Positions 38,338-52,280 of a DNA stretch of 64,000 nt are shown piece by piece. Every line of letters begins with the position of its first letter. Within the stretch, counting starts at the first letter, position 1. The notes below the pieces were generated by a model, which did not search any database, had not been told where the DNA came from, and was given only the letters and a program-made list of their open reading frames with translations. Source of the DNA: Octopus vulgaris (lineage: Eukaryota); the NCBI GenBank assembly GCA_951406725.2, contig OX597836.1, positions 29,450,001 through 29,514,000 of the forward strand, given 5' to 3'. A program made the position numbers and the translations under genes.

Positions 38338-40582
38338 TAATAATAAAAATTATTATTATACCTGCATTTGTTTTAATGTTAACATTGGAAAAATTCACAT
38401 TTTTCATAAAAAAATTAGGACCTGGGTTTGCACCCCCTTAGCAAATTTTGTTGCTGGGCCACTGCTGGCATGCTAACGATTCAATCAGCTTGCCACCTTG
38501 AATCTCTTCAAAATAATACTACAAATGATGCCTTGAAACTTGGGCAACAAAGTCATTCATTTAAACTTTGTATGAGGGCATTTGGTTTGGAGAAGCATTA
38601 GAGGGTTGGACAAAAAGCTTGGCTCTTTACGTTTTGGGTTCAAATTCCATTACAATCAGCTTTGCCTTCTGTCCTTCCAGACCGGAAGAAATAGTCAAGA
38701 ACTGGGGTCGAGTTAACCTAAGCACACCCACCACTTAATTTATGTCCTTGTACCTATGTTAAAAATTCTTCAAGCTTTATATGAATAGTTTTTGAGAGAT
38801 GATATTGTTTTCTTATGTATTGTTGTAAGGTAGCGAGTTGGCAGAATCGTTACCGCGTTTGGATAAAATGCTTAACGGCATTTTCTCCGGTTTGAGGTTA
38901 TAAGTTCAAATTCCGCCGATGTTGACTCTGACTTTCATCTTTTCGGAATCGTTTTAAAAAAAAGAATGCACCTGTTGCGTATTGGGATCGATGTAATCGA
39001 CTTGTAACTCTTCACTAAAATTTCAGACCTTGAGTCAAGAGCAGAAAGAATTTATTATAAAGTACACTGAAGGCATCGAAATTGCGCGGTATTTGTGGGC
39101 GGTTGTTGCTGTGATGTAGACATATTAACTTTTTTTAAACACTAGAGATTGTGACGTGGAACGAAAGAGCAAATCGAACATGAGAAGAAGGAACCGTTGG
39201 AAAGTGTGCACGCTGTGTACAAGTTGTGGCCATTGTCTTGAGATATGTACATAAGTGTTATTTAGCAAGATGTAAAAGCATTACTAATATTGTGAATACA
39301 GTGCACAGTTAAGTATGTCACTGGCACTTTAATTATATAGGCAAAAGCTTTTGTGTCTGCACGAGTTTAAGTATATATAGCTATATGAAGGTAGTTGTTA
39401 GTCCCAAAGGCAGTTTGTTCTGTTAGATCCGACCTTTTTCTGAATATAAAGGTTCATATGACTATATTTTATTAAAGTCAGACACATCAAAACAGGGAGA
39501 TAGTTTCTGCACATTTTCTGCAGTTGCAAACTGATGTAAGTGCAATTCCGGTGCAACAGCAGAATGTAAGCGAAAATTTAGACTGATGTCTAAATTTAAC
39601 TCGTGTTCTATTTATTAAATTCGCGGGACCTCGTCTACTAAAATTCAAACTAACCGAAAAAAAAAAAATAAGGACTTGGTCTTTTTCGTGAAAGAAAACA
39701 GGCTGAAGAAATTGCATGCAGAAAGAAAGACGAGGAGAAAGAAAATCGGTAAAATAGCATAACATTTAGGAAGTGTTTCGTAATGAAGAACGGTTGTAAA
39801 TACCAACTTAATGGTGAATTTATTCTTTCTTTCGTGAGTGAGAAATTAGAAATTTTGGAACCGCAAACTGTATATATATATATATATCCCGTGTGTGAGT
39901 TTGTATAGCATATTTCTTAATTGATTAATAAATTCATAAAGTAAAAGAATTTAAATTTAACCAAAAATATTTTTTAGTTTTGCTATATTCATAAATATAA
40001 CCAAAATAGGGGCTGCATTAGCCCCCTCCCCCAAAATATATGTATGCATAATAGTCTTAGCATGAGCAGGTTACAATGATCTCAAAACGGGCCCGAATTT
40101 TGGGATTTTACTGTATCCTGGAACCCCCAGCTGTTCAACTCGCTCAACCCTGATGGACCCCTTTTTGACAGCCGTAGGTTAATGTTGGATACAGTTTTAC
40201 TGTATACCTAGATAGCAAAACACCAACAGATTTAGATTTAATTTTTCTTTTTAGTCCCTATCTCACCACCAACCGCCAGAATTAAAAACCCTGCAAAGGT
40301 CGTGATCGCTACTCATCCTCCCCTTGAAGTATATTTCAAGCCAAGTAGAGGTATGGATTTAGATAAATAGATAACAGGATTTTTTTGTAAAATACTCAAT
40401 AATCCATAGATAACGCAGCATAAATGTTTACGAAACCTGTTTCCATCCGACATGTCCATCTTACGGAGTTTTGATAACAGATGTTAAAATAAAATAAAGG
40501 TTAAACAGGACATAGGCTTCAAAGAAAATTAACATTCTTCACATTAACAATTATGATACATACACACACACACATATCTATA

Positions 40583-40665
<83 letters not shown>

Positions 40666-40715
40666 TATATATATATATATATAAGACACAGATTTAAAAA
40701 TGATTCTCCACTCAC

Positions 40716-40980
40716 CTGTCGATTATATGTATATGTGTCTTTAAGTAAAATAAACAAAGCGGTAAACTCGATTGCATTAGCAGAAACAACACGTAGTTTC
40801 TCACGTCTGTAGTATCGAGATCGTAAACATTGTTAGAACCACAAGCGATAGGATAAGGAGGTTCTTCCTTTCTCTCTCTCTCGCTCTCTCCCTTTTTTTT
40901 TCCGTATATATGCTATCGAGAAGATTTCAATATCTCAAGCAAGATCGTATAATATATCACGTTAACTTTTATTATCTCGA
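40716..40980 (-). promoter_or_regulatory. Candidate non-coding first exon/promoter of AADAT
   Basis: Strong donor CAG|GTGAGT at 40716/40715; locally CpG-enriched unique sequence with repeated TATCGAGA-like motifs; an in-frame TAA makes it non-coding. The 5' limit is unknown. Confidence 0.45.
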
Positions 40981-41101
40981 AAATCTATTAGAAAGCAGAG
41001 ACTGCTTACATCAATCACAACAACAATATTACGGTGTTGCAAATGTATTGAGGCCACATGAAAGAAAAATTAAGTAAACGGTTCTCAAAGCTCGCTGTTT
41101 G

Positions 41102-41166
<65 letters not shown>

Positions 41167-41462
41167 TTACATTTATATGATTTTCTCTCATTCATAAAAT
41201 GGCAATCTTAAAATTATTAACAAGCAATTTTAAATGTTTAAATAATACTTAATGATTGAGAAATATTAATCATTACGAAACATATTCCACAGTGAAGGAT
41301 TAACTCTACTTGCAATTAAAGTTAATTTGGGACTTTTTTTGTTTAAATTATTCACACAACCATAATAATAATCTTGATATTTGTTATTGATTTCGCTTCA
41401 AAATCCAAAACACGGCTTTATTTATTTTAGATATAAAAAAAAAATGCATTAGATTTGCTTAC

Positions 41463-41700
41463 CTTTAGATTGAACGAGGGCGTGTGCCCCGCCGCTGCTC
41501 GACTTGCTGCACATAGCTATATTACTGTTAACTCGACTGGGTTAGCAGAGCAACATTCAAGCCACACCCTGAACTCCTACACGACGCGACAAAATAATCT
41601 CAACATAGTTGTTCAGTCCACTGTGAATAATCAAATTTCTTTCAAATCACGCCCAATCGTTTCATTGGGTAATGATTTCATATTTTGACGGAGAGCCTGC
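41463..41700 (-). promoter_or_regulatory. Candidate alternative first exon/promoter of AADAT
   Basis: Strong donor AAG|GTAAGC at 41463/41462; CpG-rich; CCAAT/ATTGG at ~41653-41668; in-frame ATG at 41514. Confidence 0.45.
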
Positions 41701-42890
41701 AGTTTTTAAGGGGAGAGGGAAGTCGATAACAACGAACCGAGTACTTAAGTGCTACTTATTTTATTTACCCTGAGAGGATGGAAGGCAGAATCGACCGCAG
41801 AGGACATTGAACTCAGAACGAAATGCCGCTAAGTCCGGCGTGCTAAAAGTTCTTATTTCTTTACTACCCACAAGGGGCTAAAAACACAGAGAGGACAAAC
41901 AAGGACAGACACACGGATTAAGTCGATTATATTGACCCCAGTGCGTAACTGGTACTTATTTAATCGACCCCGAAAGGATGAAAGGCAAAGTCGACCTCGG
42001 CGGAATTTGAACTCAGAACGTAACGGCAGACGAAATACCGCTAAGCATTTCGCCCGGCGTGCTAACGATTCTGCCAGCTCGCCGGTTTCGTCTCATTTGA
42101 TAACATGCACCTGAGTGCACTGGGCCTAGAACCAGAGTCGTATTAAGAGTATCATAGGCCCCTGGAAAAATTAAGGTACAGGCACACTTGGGCAGTTTAC
42201 CCAGGGTCCCGCAGTTCTTGACGCCCAACTCTAATCTATGTATGCTACATATCAGGACAATTACCCCTCCCCCATAGGACCATTACATCACTCCCCCGAT
42301 TAATGACCCTCCCTCTACAATATATTAAAAAGTTTTAAATCATCATCTGTTGTCCTCAGGGGTAATTGTCCATGGGGGTGGGGTAAATGTTCTAGGCTCG
42401 TATGCTGTGCCTTGCTGTCAATAAATAAATATTATCGGGCCCATTGCATTTATTTTCCCCCGGGGCCAATGATGCTGCAATGATGGCCCTGGCACTGAGC
42501 CATATTGTATTTATTTATTCGCAAGCCACAGGGTACGCAGATTAGAATTGGGACCCTAGACCTATAGAGGACCCGGGCAACTGCTCTATGTGCCTATATC
42601 ACAAGACGGCATTACCAAGAACCCCTCCTCCCTACCAAAAGAAAAAAAGAAAAGGGATAAGGTTGGTCACGAATGGATTATAATTGATTATAGTTCTATT
42701 TGCTCAGAGCTGACGTAGTACTAAATAACGACACCCACAAATTTATACAGTAATATCGTTTTCTTTCTAGAGACAAAATGCCTGAAATTTTGTGGGGAAG
42801 CAGTTTAGTCGATTGTGTCGATCCTAGTGAGCAGCTGGGGCTTTTTTTTTTTTTTTTACCGATCCTGAAAGGATGGAAGGCAAAGTCAAC

Positions 42891-43734
42891 GGTAAATTTT
42901 GGGAAGTACACCCACACGCGTTTCACTAAGAAAAAAAAAGCCTCGGTTTTTTTTTTTTTTTTTTGCGTGAAATCAAGTACCAATTTCTTTACTACCCACA
43001 AGGGGCTAAACACAGAAGGGACAAACAAACGGATTAAGTCGATTATATCGACCCCAGTGCGTAACTGGTACTTATTTAATCGACCCCGAAAGGATGAAAG
43101 GCAAAGTCGACCTCGGCGGAATTTGAACTCAGAACGTAGCGACAGACGAAATACAGCTGAGAATTTCGCCCGGTGTGCTAACAATTCTGCCAGCTCGCCG
43201 CCTTTACAAATCAAGGACGTTTTATAGAATCAAGTACCCTGACCCCCTAATGTGCCGCAAACCCCTTAATTTTGTTCAGAAAAAAAGGAGTGGGTGGGAA
43301 ACCGGATCCCTCCTTATTCTGGAATCATTGGATTTTTTTTTCCTTTTTTCGTTGAACGACTTACAGTGACCTCTTAATATGTCAGAAAACACTTTTCTGG
43401 TCCGGAAAACGGAGGTGGGGTGGAATCCTCGGAAATTTCACCTTTCCCCCTCCTGGAATCATTGGAAAATGCTTGCTTTTTCGTTAAATGAATTACGGTG
43501 GCCTCCTAATATGCCACAATACACTTTTATTTTGTCCAGAATTCATTCAGCGGAAACAAGAAATTTCAATGATTCCGGGATAGAGGATGGGGTCTGGTCC
43601 CCTCCCCCACCTTTTCCGTACAAAAATAAGGGGTTTGTGGTACATTAGGAGATCAGGGCACTTAATTCCACGCAAAAAATCCGAGGGCTTTTTTCTTAGT
43701 AAAACGCATGCGGGCGTACTTTCCAAAACTTATC
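42891..43734. mobile_element. Long-TIR fold-back (Mutator-like) MITE, inserted in one SINE and hosting another
   Basis: TSD AAGTCAAC (42883-42890 and 43735-43742); long imperfect TIRs; internal SINE flanked by AATCAAGTACC duplication (42971 and 43228). Confidence 0.75.
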
Positions 43735-43882
43735 AAGTCAACTTCGTTGGATTTTGAACTCAATTATTTTTTGTGTATTCCTTTTTTCTTTCCTTCATCT
43801 TTTTCATTTTTATTTTTTGGATAATGGTTGAAATAGATATGTATACACCAACATTATATATAACATAGGACTAATTTTAATG

Positions 43883-43945
<63 letters not shown>

Positions 43946-44708
43946 TAGATAGATAGATAGATAGATAGATGGTCGTGGTCACCATTATAGATAATGGTCA
44001 GTGGTGCGTATTGTGTGACCATTTAATATCGACTCATATCAGAAGGCTGAAATAATGCATATGATGTGCCATTTGGAAAAGAAAAGAGATACAACTGAGT
44101 GGAAGGCTTATGAAAGATTTATTGATGTATTTACATGCATCTTTGTGGATTGTATGTTTGCTGTTAACCATGGTGAGGTAACTCACGAACAGTGCTATGT
44201 TAGAACCTGTGCAGTGTTACTGGTGCTGTGCACGTAGAGATGTTGACGACGTTGGTGAGAGATAGGATGGTGGCGACGAAGATGGAGGTCACTGTGATGC
44301 TGTTGGGTGGGTGTTGTCTGGCGTCGTCGCTGGAACTGGCTGTGTCGTGTGGTCGGTGGCTAGACCTTAGAAGGTCTGGAACCAAAAGACTTCGAGACAA
44401 GGAGAAGTTAAGTTTTTTATAGGTAACAGTAGGCTCAAATTTTGGGGTTGAAAACAGACTGTCTTACGTGATTTATTTGGGGACTTCGATTGGTTAGGTT
44501 GTATATTGGCGCGATAGAGTAAGAAGTAAATTGCGCCAATACCGACCATTCAGAGTGGTGGACACAATAGGGTCCAAATAGCGCCCAAAAGTTAGCTGTC
44601 ATCTGCTACGTTCGGATGTGTGTGTATATATAATAAAGGAGAAAGGAACTTCACTAGAGAGTACGCTACATATATATATATATATATATATGCAAAGATT
44701 TGTTGGAA

Positions 44709-46038
44709 AAATTTCCGAGGGGTTGAGGAGAGGAGTTTCGGAAAATTCACAGGACCCGACATTTTCTCCCCTCATAACTTTCTAGAAAATAGGTATTTTT
44801 TAGTTAAATTTTATACAAATACCTTTCAAACGGTGTAGATTACGATTACAAAATTTGTAGGCAAAATTTTTGGAAGGTAGCAAGGAGAGGAGTTTCGGAT
44901 CAGACGACCCACATAAGTTGGAATTTTTCCGTTTTGACGCGTATTTTTCTGTCTTCAGAATGATGGGTGGCATCTTTTCATGAAAAAAAAAAGAAAAAAT
45001 TTGGAAAATTGTTTTTTTTTTCACTCCCGCCACCCTCTCACCACCCCAGTTTGAAACGATTTTGGCCATATTTTTTCCTCTACACACTTAAAACCCGTGA
45101 GAGAAATATTTTAGGTTTAAAAAAATTGTTAATAATTTCAGAGGAAAATGTATGATTTAAGGGAGATCTGGCTGTTGTTTCTAGCACATCTAAAAACCTC
45201 CCTCCTCGTTCCTTTCTCACTCATATATCTATTGATATTTTTCAATATTTTTCTCCCCATAAACAAATTTTATGGAATGATGATGTCAAAGTAATATAGT
45301 AGTCCCAACCTAGCAAGGCCATGTTATGTGTGCATGTAAGTAAAAAACACCTAAAAACATCTTTAGTGTTCATATCAATCTGTCAAATGTAATGCTTATT
45401 TGTTCACGTTATTTTGACTTATTTAAGTTCAAGAGGGGTGCCCACAATATTTGCTTTTAACTGTGTAAATTTTTTACATACAGATTTGAAATTTTGTCAG
45501 TGGATGCTTTATATACCACTGGTTTATAGTTATGTAATTTTAGCTGATGTAGCTGAGTAAATTGGACTTTTATGGGAAGGTAAATTTAATTAACAGGTGT
45601 AAAAGCAATAACATTATGGATAAACACTAAAATTGAAATTCTTAATGCATCTTACCTTTTTGATTTGTCACTAAAATCATCCCTGATGGCAACTGACAAA
45701 AATTTTGCCACTTTTCAAGATGAGGTGCATTAATTTGAATTAGTTAAAATACAGGTATAGTCAGTACAAGATTTTATTATTTCCGTAAATATGTGCAGGT
45801 GACACATAAAAAAACAAAACATGATCTTCCGTGACCGTTGCCAGTACCGCCTGACTGGCCCTCGTGCTGGTGGCACGTAAAACCACCCACTACACTCTCG
45901 GAGTGGTTGACGTTAGGAAGGGCATCCAGCTGTAGAAACTCTGCCAAATCAAGATTGGAGCCTGGTGCAGACATCTGGTTCGCCAGTCCTCAGTCAAATC
46001 GTCCAACCCATGCTAGCATGGAAAGCGGAGGTTAAACA

Positions 46039-46073
<35 letters not shown>

Positions 46074-46662
46074 TAGTATTATAATCCCTTACAAAACTTC
46101 TTTTCCAAATTTTAAGCCCCAAAAATTAGGGGGTTCCTTATACATGTTAAAATGCGGTAATTTTACTTATGTGTAATGGAGTCCACATTACCCACAAGAA
46201 TTTAATTTTTACCCCACTTGAGGTAATTTACCCTGGTTTGCCCCTACTATAGACAAAGCTAAAATATTGAGTAATGTTGATAATTCATCTGATAAGCAAA
46301 GCACCTTTTGAAGGAGACATACTTTCATGAAAGAGGTAACTGTGATTTTTATAAACGAAAACTTAGGGGACTTTTACATTGATTAGCTTAGCATGTTGAG
46401 GGCATTGACACTGTATCCATCATCATCCTTTAATGTCTACTTTTCCATGCTTGGTAGATGTGAATGGCTAATTAAATTCTCTTTTACTAATTGCAGCGAT
46501 TAATTTTCAAAACAGTCTGGTTTTAACTTTCAAACAAGATCATTTTCAAAGCAGTCTGGTTCCTTAGAAAACATTGCTTAGTAGTGCATCAGAAATTTTG
46601 GGTTACTGACCTGTCTAGTAGTAAAGGTAGTAGTGGTAGTAGTTGTAGTGGTGGTAGTGGTC

Positions 46663-46723
<61 letters not shown>

Positions 46724-46845
46724 GGATGGTGGTGGTGACTTCACTAGAAGCAGCAACTGTAGTGGTGGGGGTGGGGGACAGTAGAGATGGCAGCTGTGGT
46801 GGTGATGGTTGTAGTTGTAGCAGCAGCAGCAGTAGTAGTAGTAGT

Positions 46846-46901
<56 letters not shown>

Positions 46902-47466
46902 CAGCTGTTGTTGTTGTTGTTTAGCTCCAAGACAACCCTGATCAAAGAGACCTTGAAACAGAGATAATCCAATTGTGGTCATCCAGTTTTCTTTAAACCT
47001 GTTGTATCTATGATTACATTATACAATACGTCCTCTTTTGTTGTTTAACTCCAAAACAATCCTGATCAAACAGACCAATGTCCAAAGGTAATCCAACTGT
47101 GACCATCCAATATTTCTCAGACAAAGTATATATGATCACTTTATTCAGGGTAGGCCAAAAGTCATGCACCAAAACATTTGACGCTTTATTATTATTATTA
47201 TTATCATTTATGGGTTTTTCTTCTTCTTTCAAATTTGCTTCCGTTTCTTGCCGAGTATCTTCCCGACTCCTAGGGCAAAGAAACTCATTGTATACATTGG
47301 TAGGCCATTAAACTAAACTCACTAGTTCGTTCTTTTTTTTTTTTTTTTTTTTATAGAAATAAAGTTAAATTAAAATACATGGGTAGTTATAGTTCTCACA
47401 TTGACAATGCTCTTCTCAATACGTGTGATGTACCAGTTAAGACAATCTTTTGCACCTCATTATCAA

Positions 47467-47508
<42 letters not shown>

Positions 47509-49679
47509 TATCATTGTTATTGTTATTATTATTATTATTTTTATTATTATTCATTTTGTTCATTATGTACAAGTATGTGTGTAGCCATCGTTATTTTATT
47601 TCATTCAATGCCTTTGACAATTCCAGAGCATATTGCACTTATTTTGTGCATGACTTTTGGCCCATCCTGTATAATGTCTTTCCTTATTACTTAGCTCTGA
47701 GTCAACTCTTAATCAACCCTTAAATTTCCGAGGGTTGAGGAGAGGAGTTTCGGAAAATTCACAGGACCTGACATTTTCTCCCCTCATAACTTTCTAGATA
47801 TTTCTAGGTATTTTTTAGTAAAATTTTATACAAATACCTTTCAAACGGTGTAGATTACGATTACAAAATTTGTAGGCAAAATTTTTGGAAGGTAGCAAGG
47901 AGAGGAGTTTCGGATCAGACGGCCCACATAAGTTGGAATTTCTCCGTTTTGACGTGGATTTTTCTGTCTTCAGAATGATGGGTGGCATCTTTTCATGAAA
48001 AAAAAAGAAAAAATTTGGAAAATTGTTTTTTTTTCCACCCTCTCACCACCCCAGTTTGAAACGATTTTGGCCATATTTTTTCCTCTACACACTTAAAACC
48101 CGTGAGAGAAATATTTTAGGTTTAAAAAAAATTCTTAATAATTTCAGAGGAAAATGTATGATTTAAGGGAGATCTGGCTGTTGTTTCTAGCACATCTAAA
48201 AACCTCCCTCCTCATTCCTTTCTCACTCATACATCTATTGATATTTTTCAATATTTTTCTCCCCATAAACAAATTTTATGGAATGATGATGTCAAAGTAA
48301 TACAGTAGTCCCAACCTAGCAAGGCCGTGTTATGCGTGTGTATAAGAAAAAAAAGCACCTAAAAACATCTTTAGTGTTCATTTTAATCTGTCAAATGCTT
48401 ATTTGTTCACGTTATTTTGACTTATTCAAGTTCAAGAGGGGTGCCCACAATATTTGCTTTTAACTGTGTAAATTTTTTACATACAGATTTGAAATTGTCA
48501 GTGGATGCTTTATATACCACTGGTTTATAGTTATGTAATTTTAGCTGGTGTAGCTGAGTAAATTGGACTTTTATGGGAAGGTAAATTTAATTAACAGGTG
48601 TAAAAGCAATAACATTATGGATAAACACTAAAATTGAAATTCTTAATGCATCTTACCTGTTTGATTCGTCACTAAAATCATCCCTGATGGCAACTGACAA
48701 AAATTTTGCCACTTTTCAAGATGAGGTGCATTAATTTGAATTAGTTAAAATACTGGTATAGTCAGTACAAGATTTTATTCTTTCCGTAAATATGTGCAGG
48801 TGACACATAAAAAAAAAAACATGATCTTCCGTGACCGTTACCAGTACCGCCTGACTGGCCCTCGTGCTGGTGGCACGTAAAAGCACCCACTACACTCTCG
48901 GAGTGGTTGGTGTTAGGAAGGGCATCCAGCTGTAGAAACTCTGCCAAATCAAGATTGGAGCCTGGTGCAGACATCTGGTTCGCCAGTCCAAAGTCAAATC
49001 GTCCAACCCATGCTAGCATGGAAAGCGGACGTTAAACAATGATGATGATGATGATGATGGATAGTATTATAATCCCTTACAAAACTTCTTTTCCAAATTT
49101 TAAGCCCCAAAAATTAGGGGGTTCCTTATACATGTTAAAATGCGGTAATTTTACTTATGTGTAATGGAGTCCACATTACCCACAAGAATTTAATTTTTAC
49201 CCCACTTGAGGTAATTTACCCTGGTTTGCCCCTACTATAGACAAAGCTAAAATATTGAGTAATGTTGATAATTCATCTGATAAGCAAAGCACCTTTTGAA
49301 GGAGACATACTTTCATGAAAGAGGTAACTGTGATTTTTATAAACGAAAACTTAGGGGACTTTTACATTGATTAGCTTAGCATGTTGAGGGCATTGACACT
49401 GTATCCATCATCATCATTTAATGTTTACTTTTCCATGCTTGGTAGATGTGAATGGCTAATTAAATTCTCTTTACTAATTGCAGCGATTAATTTTCAAAAC
49501 AGTCTGGTTTTAACTTTCAAACAAGATCATTTTCAAAGGAGTCTGGTTCCTTAGAAAACATTGCTTAGTAGTGCATCAGAAATTTTGGGTTACTGACCTG
49601 TCTAGTAGTAAAGGTTGTAGTGGTAGTAGTTGTAGTGGTGGTGGTCGTGGTCGTCGTGGTCGTCGTCGTCGTCGTCGTC

Positions 49680-49728
<49 letters not shown>

Positions 49729-50272
49729 GGGGGTGGGGGACAGTAGAGATGGCAGCTGTGGTGGTGATGGTTGTAGTTGCAGCAGCAGCAGTAGTAGTAG
49801 TAGTAGTAGTAGCAGCAGCAGCAGTAGCAGTAGTAGTAGTAGTAGTAGTAGTAGTAGCTGTTGTTGTTGTTGTTGTTGTTTAGCTCCAAGACAACCCTGA
49901 TCAAAGAGACCTTGAAACAGAGATAATCCAATTGTGGCCATCCAGTTTTCTTTAAACCTGTTGTATCTATGATTACATTATACAATACGTCCTCTTTTGT
50001 TGTTTAACTCCAAAACAATCCTGATCAAACAGACCAATGTCCAAAGGTAATCCAACTGTGACCATCCAATATTTCTCAGACAAAGTATATGATCACTTTA
50101 TTCAGGGTAGGCCAAAAGTCATGCACCAAAACATTTGACGCTTTATTATTATTATTATTATTATTATTATCATCATCATCATGTGCTTTCACAATACATA
50201 CATATATATATATGTGTGTGTGTGTGTGTGTATGTGTATATGTATATATATGTGTGTGTGTGTATAGATATA

Positions 50273-50315
<43 letters not shown>

Positions 50316-50699
50316 TCACACATCTATGTGTGTGTGTGTGTGAACAATGCAGTTCTTCCAATATCCAGTATCTGTGTAAGGTGTTAGGCCAACAATTGTT
50401 AGATCAAGGGTTTGGTTCCTGATTGAAGCAGCATGTTGTGTATTTAAGAAAGTCATTTCATTCCACATTTGTCCAATCAGTTATAAATGTCGTTGTCGTC
50501 GTCATTGTCATCATCATCATTATTATTCATTTTGTTCATTATGTACAAGTATGTGTGTAGCCATCATTATTTTATTTTATTCAATATCTTTGACAATTCT
50601 AGAGCATATTGCACTTATCTTGTGCATGACTTTTGGCCCACCCTGTATAATGTCTTTCCTTATTACTTAGCCCTGAGTCAACTCTTAATCAACCCTTAA
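44709..50699 (+). repeat. ~3.0-kb direct tandem duplication (44709-47723 and 47722-50699)
   Basis: Both units start AAATTTCCGAGG and end TCAACCCTTAA; near-identical apart from microsatellites and one ~250-340-bp segment. Confidence 0.95.
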
Positions 50700-51002
50700 T
50701 CCTATCTTTTATTCAGAGATGCTGTATCCCAAATTACGCTATGCAGTGTGCAATTTTTCTTTTAAAATTAGTTTGATTGAGATTTTGGTAACTATTTCTA
50801 GCAGAACTAGTGATCACACAGAGGCTTTCTCTTTGAGTTATGGCGTGTAGCCAGAGAGATATGTACACAGGTTGTTCATAGCTCACTGTGGACCTCATCC
50901 TTTTATGCTATCGGACCATGAGTTATCATCCTCATCTTCACAGCATGAACCAATGAAAAAGCCTCTATATCAGTCAGGGACAAAGCACAGCCAGTAGGAC
51001 TT

Positions 51003-51490
51003 TATGAAGGGCACATCTAATGAAAAATAGTCTGAATTTTTTAGTAGTGCAGCCTGCCTGATGACAAGCCATATCTCATGTGGCCTCCTTTCTTGATATG
51101 ACTGATGTGTCCTGGAGCTCCTGCTAAGGAATTTTGAGTGAAGAATTGCAAATGAAAAGAGTTACAGTAAAATTTGCACCTCTCTTGCTCACAGAAGATC
51201 AAGAGAAGTCACAACTGAATGCATGTCGTGAACTGAAAGAACAGTTGAGAGCTGATCTGGACCTTTTTCTTGAAGGTCATGACTGGTGATGAAAACTGGT
51301 GCTATGGAATTTGCAGATATGGAATGGGTGAAGAAAGGAAACAATGGAAGCATTAAAAGCATCACTTCGCAAGAGTTCCAGTGCTGCTTCAAATGGAGAA
51401 CACTTTGAGGGCAATAAAAGTGTAAACATGTAAAACTAAGTGAATGAAATAATATTGCAAAATTGCAGTTTCTTTAGGGTACCTCTTCGT
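51003..51490 (+). mobile_element. Internally deleted mariner remnant
   Basis: ILSEELQMKRVTVKFAPLLLTEDQ...VMTGDENWCYG, matching the WVPHEL and TGDE.W blocks. Confidence 0.75.
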
Positions 51491-51585
51491 GTACTGAAGG
51501 ATAAAAGAAGTCTGGTCAAAAAGTACTGGGCAAGGTGCTATAAAAAGTAAGCTACAACATATATCAATTTGCCATTTAATATATA

Positions 51586-51840
51586 CGTGCTGGTGGCACG
51601 TAAAATGCACCAATCTCACCGTGGCCAATGCCAGCCTCGCCTGGCACCTGTGCAGGTGGCATGTAAAAAGCACCCACTACACTCATGGAGTGGTTGGCGT
51701 TAGGAAGGGCATCCAGCCGTAGAAACATTACCAGATAAGACCGGAGCCTGGTGCAGCCTTCTGGCTTCCCAGATCCCCGGTCGAACCGTCCAACCCATGC
51801 TAGCATGGAGAACGGACGTTAAACGATGATGATGAGGATG
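51586..51840 (+). mobile_element. SINE family D with RTE-type 3' end and (GAT)n tail
   Basis: GGTTGGCGTTAGGAAGGGCATCCAGC...CCAACCCATGCTAGCATGG...GGACGTTAAACGATGATGAT; copies at 32870-33065, 45829-46070, 48829-49058 (+) and 12864-13018, 14800-15110, 59512-59915 (-). Confidence 0.8.
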
Positions 51841-51993
51841 ATATTTAATCTTCAAAGTAGTTCCCCTCTGAAGCCATGAACTTTTTCTGTTATTGTTTCC
51901 ATTGATGGAAGCATTCTTGTAACTTCCTTTTCGAGGATAGCAAGTAACTGCCTCATTGCGTTCTCTTGGATTTCCTCAACATCTTGAAATCTT

Positions 51994-52280
51994 AGAAAAT
52001 TACCATTTTAAATCCCAAACTATATATTATGAACAGGAATTTGACAATGCCACCTCTAGCTGGACAATTATTCTGTGCTGATGAAGGGAAATAACCTGAA
52101 AATCGCAATACACAGATATTGTTTTGAGCTGAGTGGGGGTGCTAGATTCCCTTGTTCGGAAATATAAGGACACAGATTGTGTCGTATAACCAGCTGGAGA
52201 CGATGTCTCCTGGAGCTAAATTACAGCAACATTTGTCCTAAACCAGGACTACCATGTTATGTTGGCAAACAATCTTTACT
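51994..52280 (+). mobile_element. 287-bp hammerhead-bearing retro-insertion (solo pseudo-LTR/retrozyme-like)
   Basis: Flanked by a duplication ATCTTGAAATC(TT) at 51981 and 52281 inside the mariner fossil. Confidence 0.7.
52072..52116 (+). ncRNA. Minimal hammerhead-like motif
   Basis: TCTGTG CTGATGA AGG-gaaataa-CCT GAAA ATCGCAA TA CACAGA (6-bp stem I, intact core, imperfect stem III). Confidence 0.7.

Noticed and set aside
39140-39255. Short Cys-rich frame (VCTLCTSCGHCLEICT*)
   Set aside because: Too short, with no start or splice support; at most a decayed transposase C-terminus.
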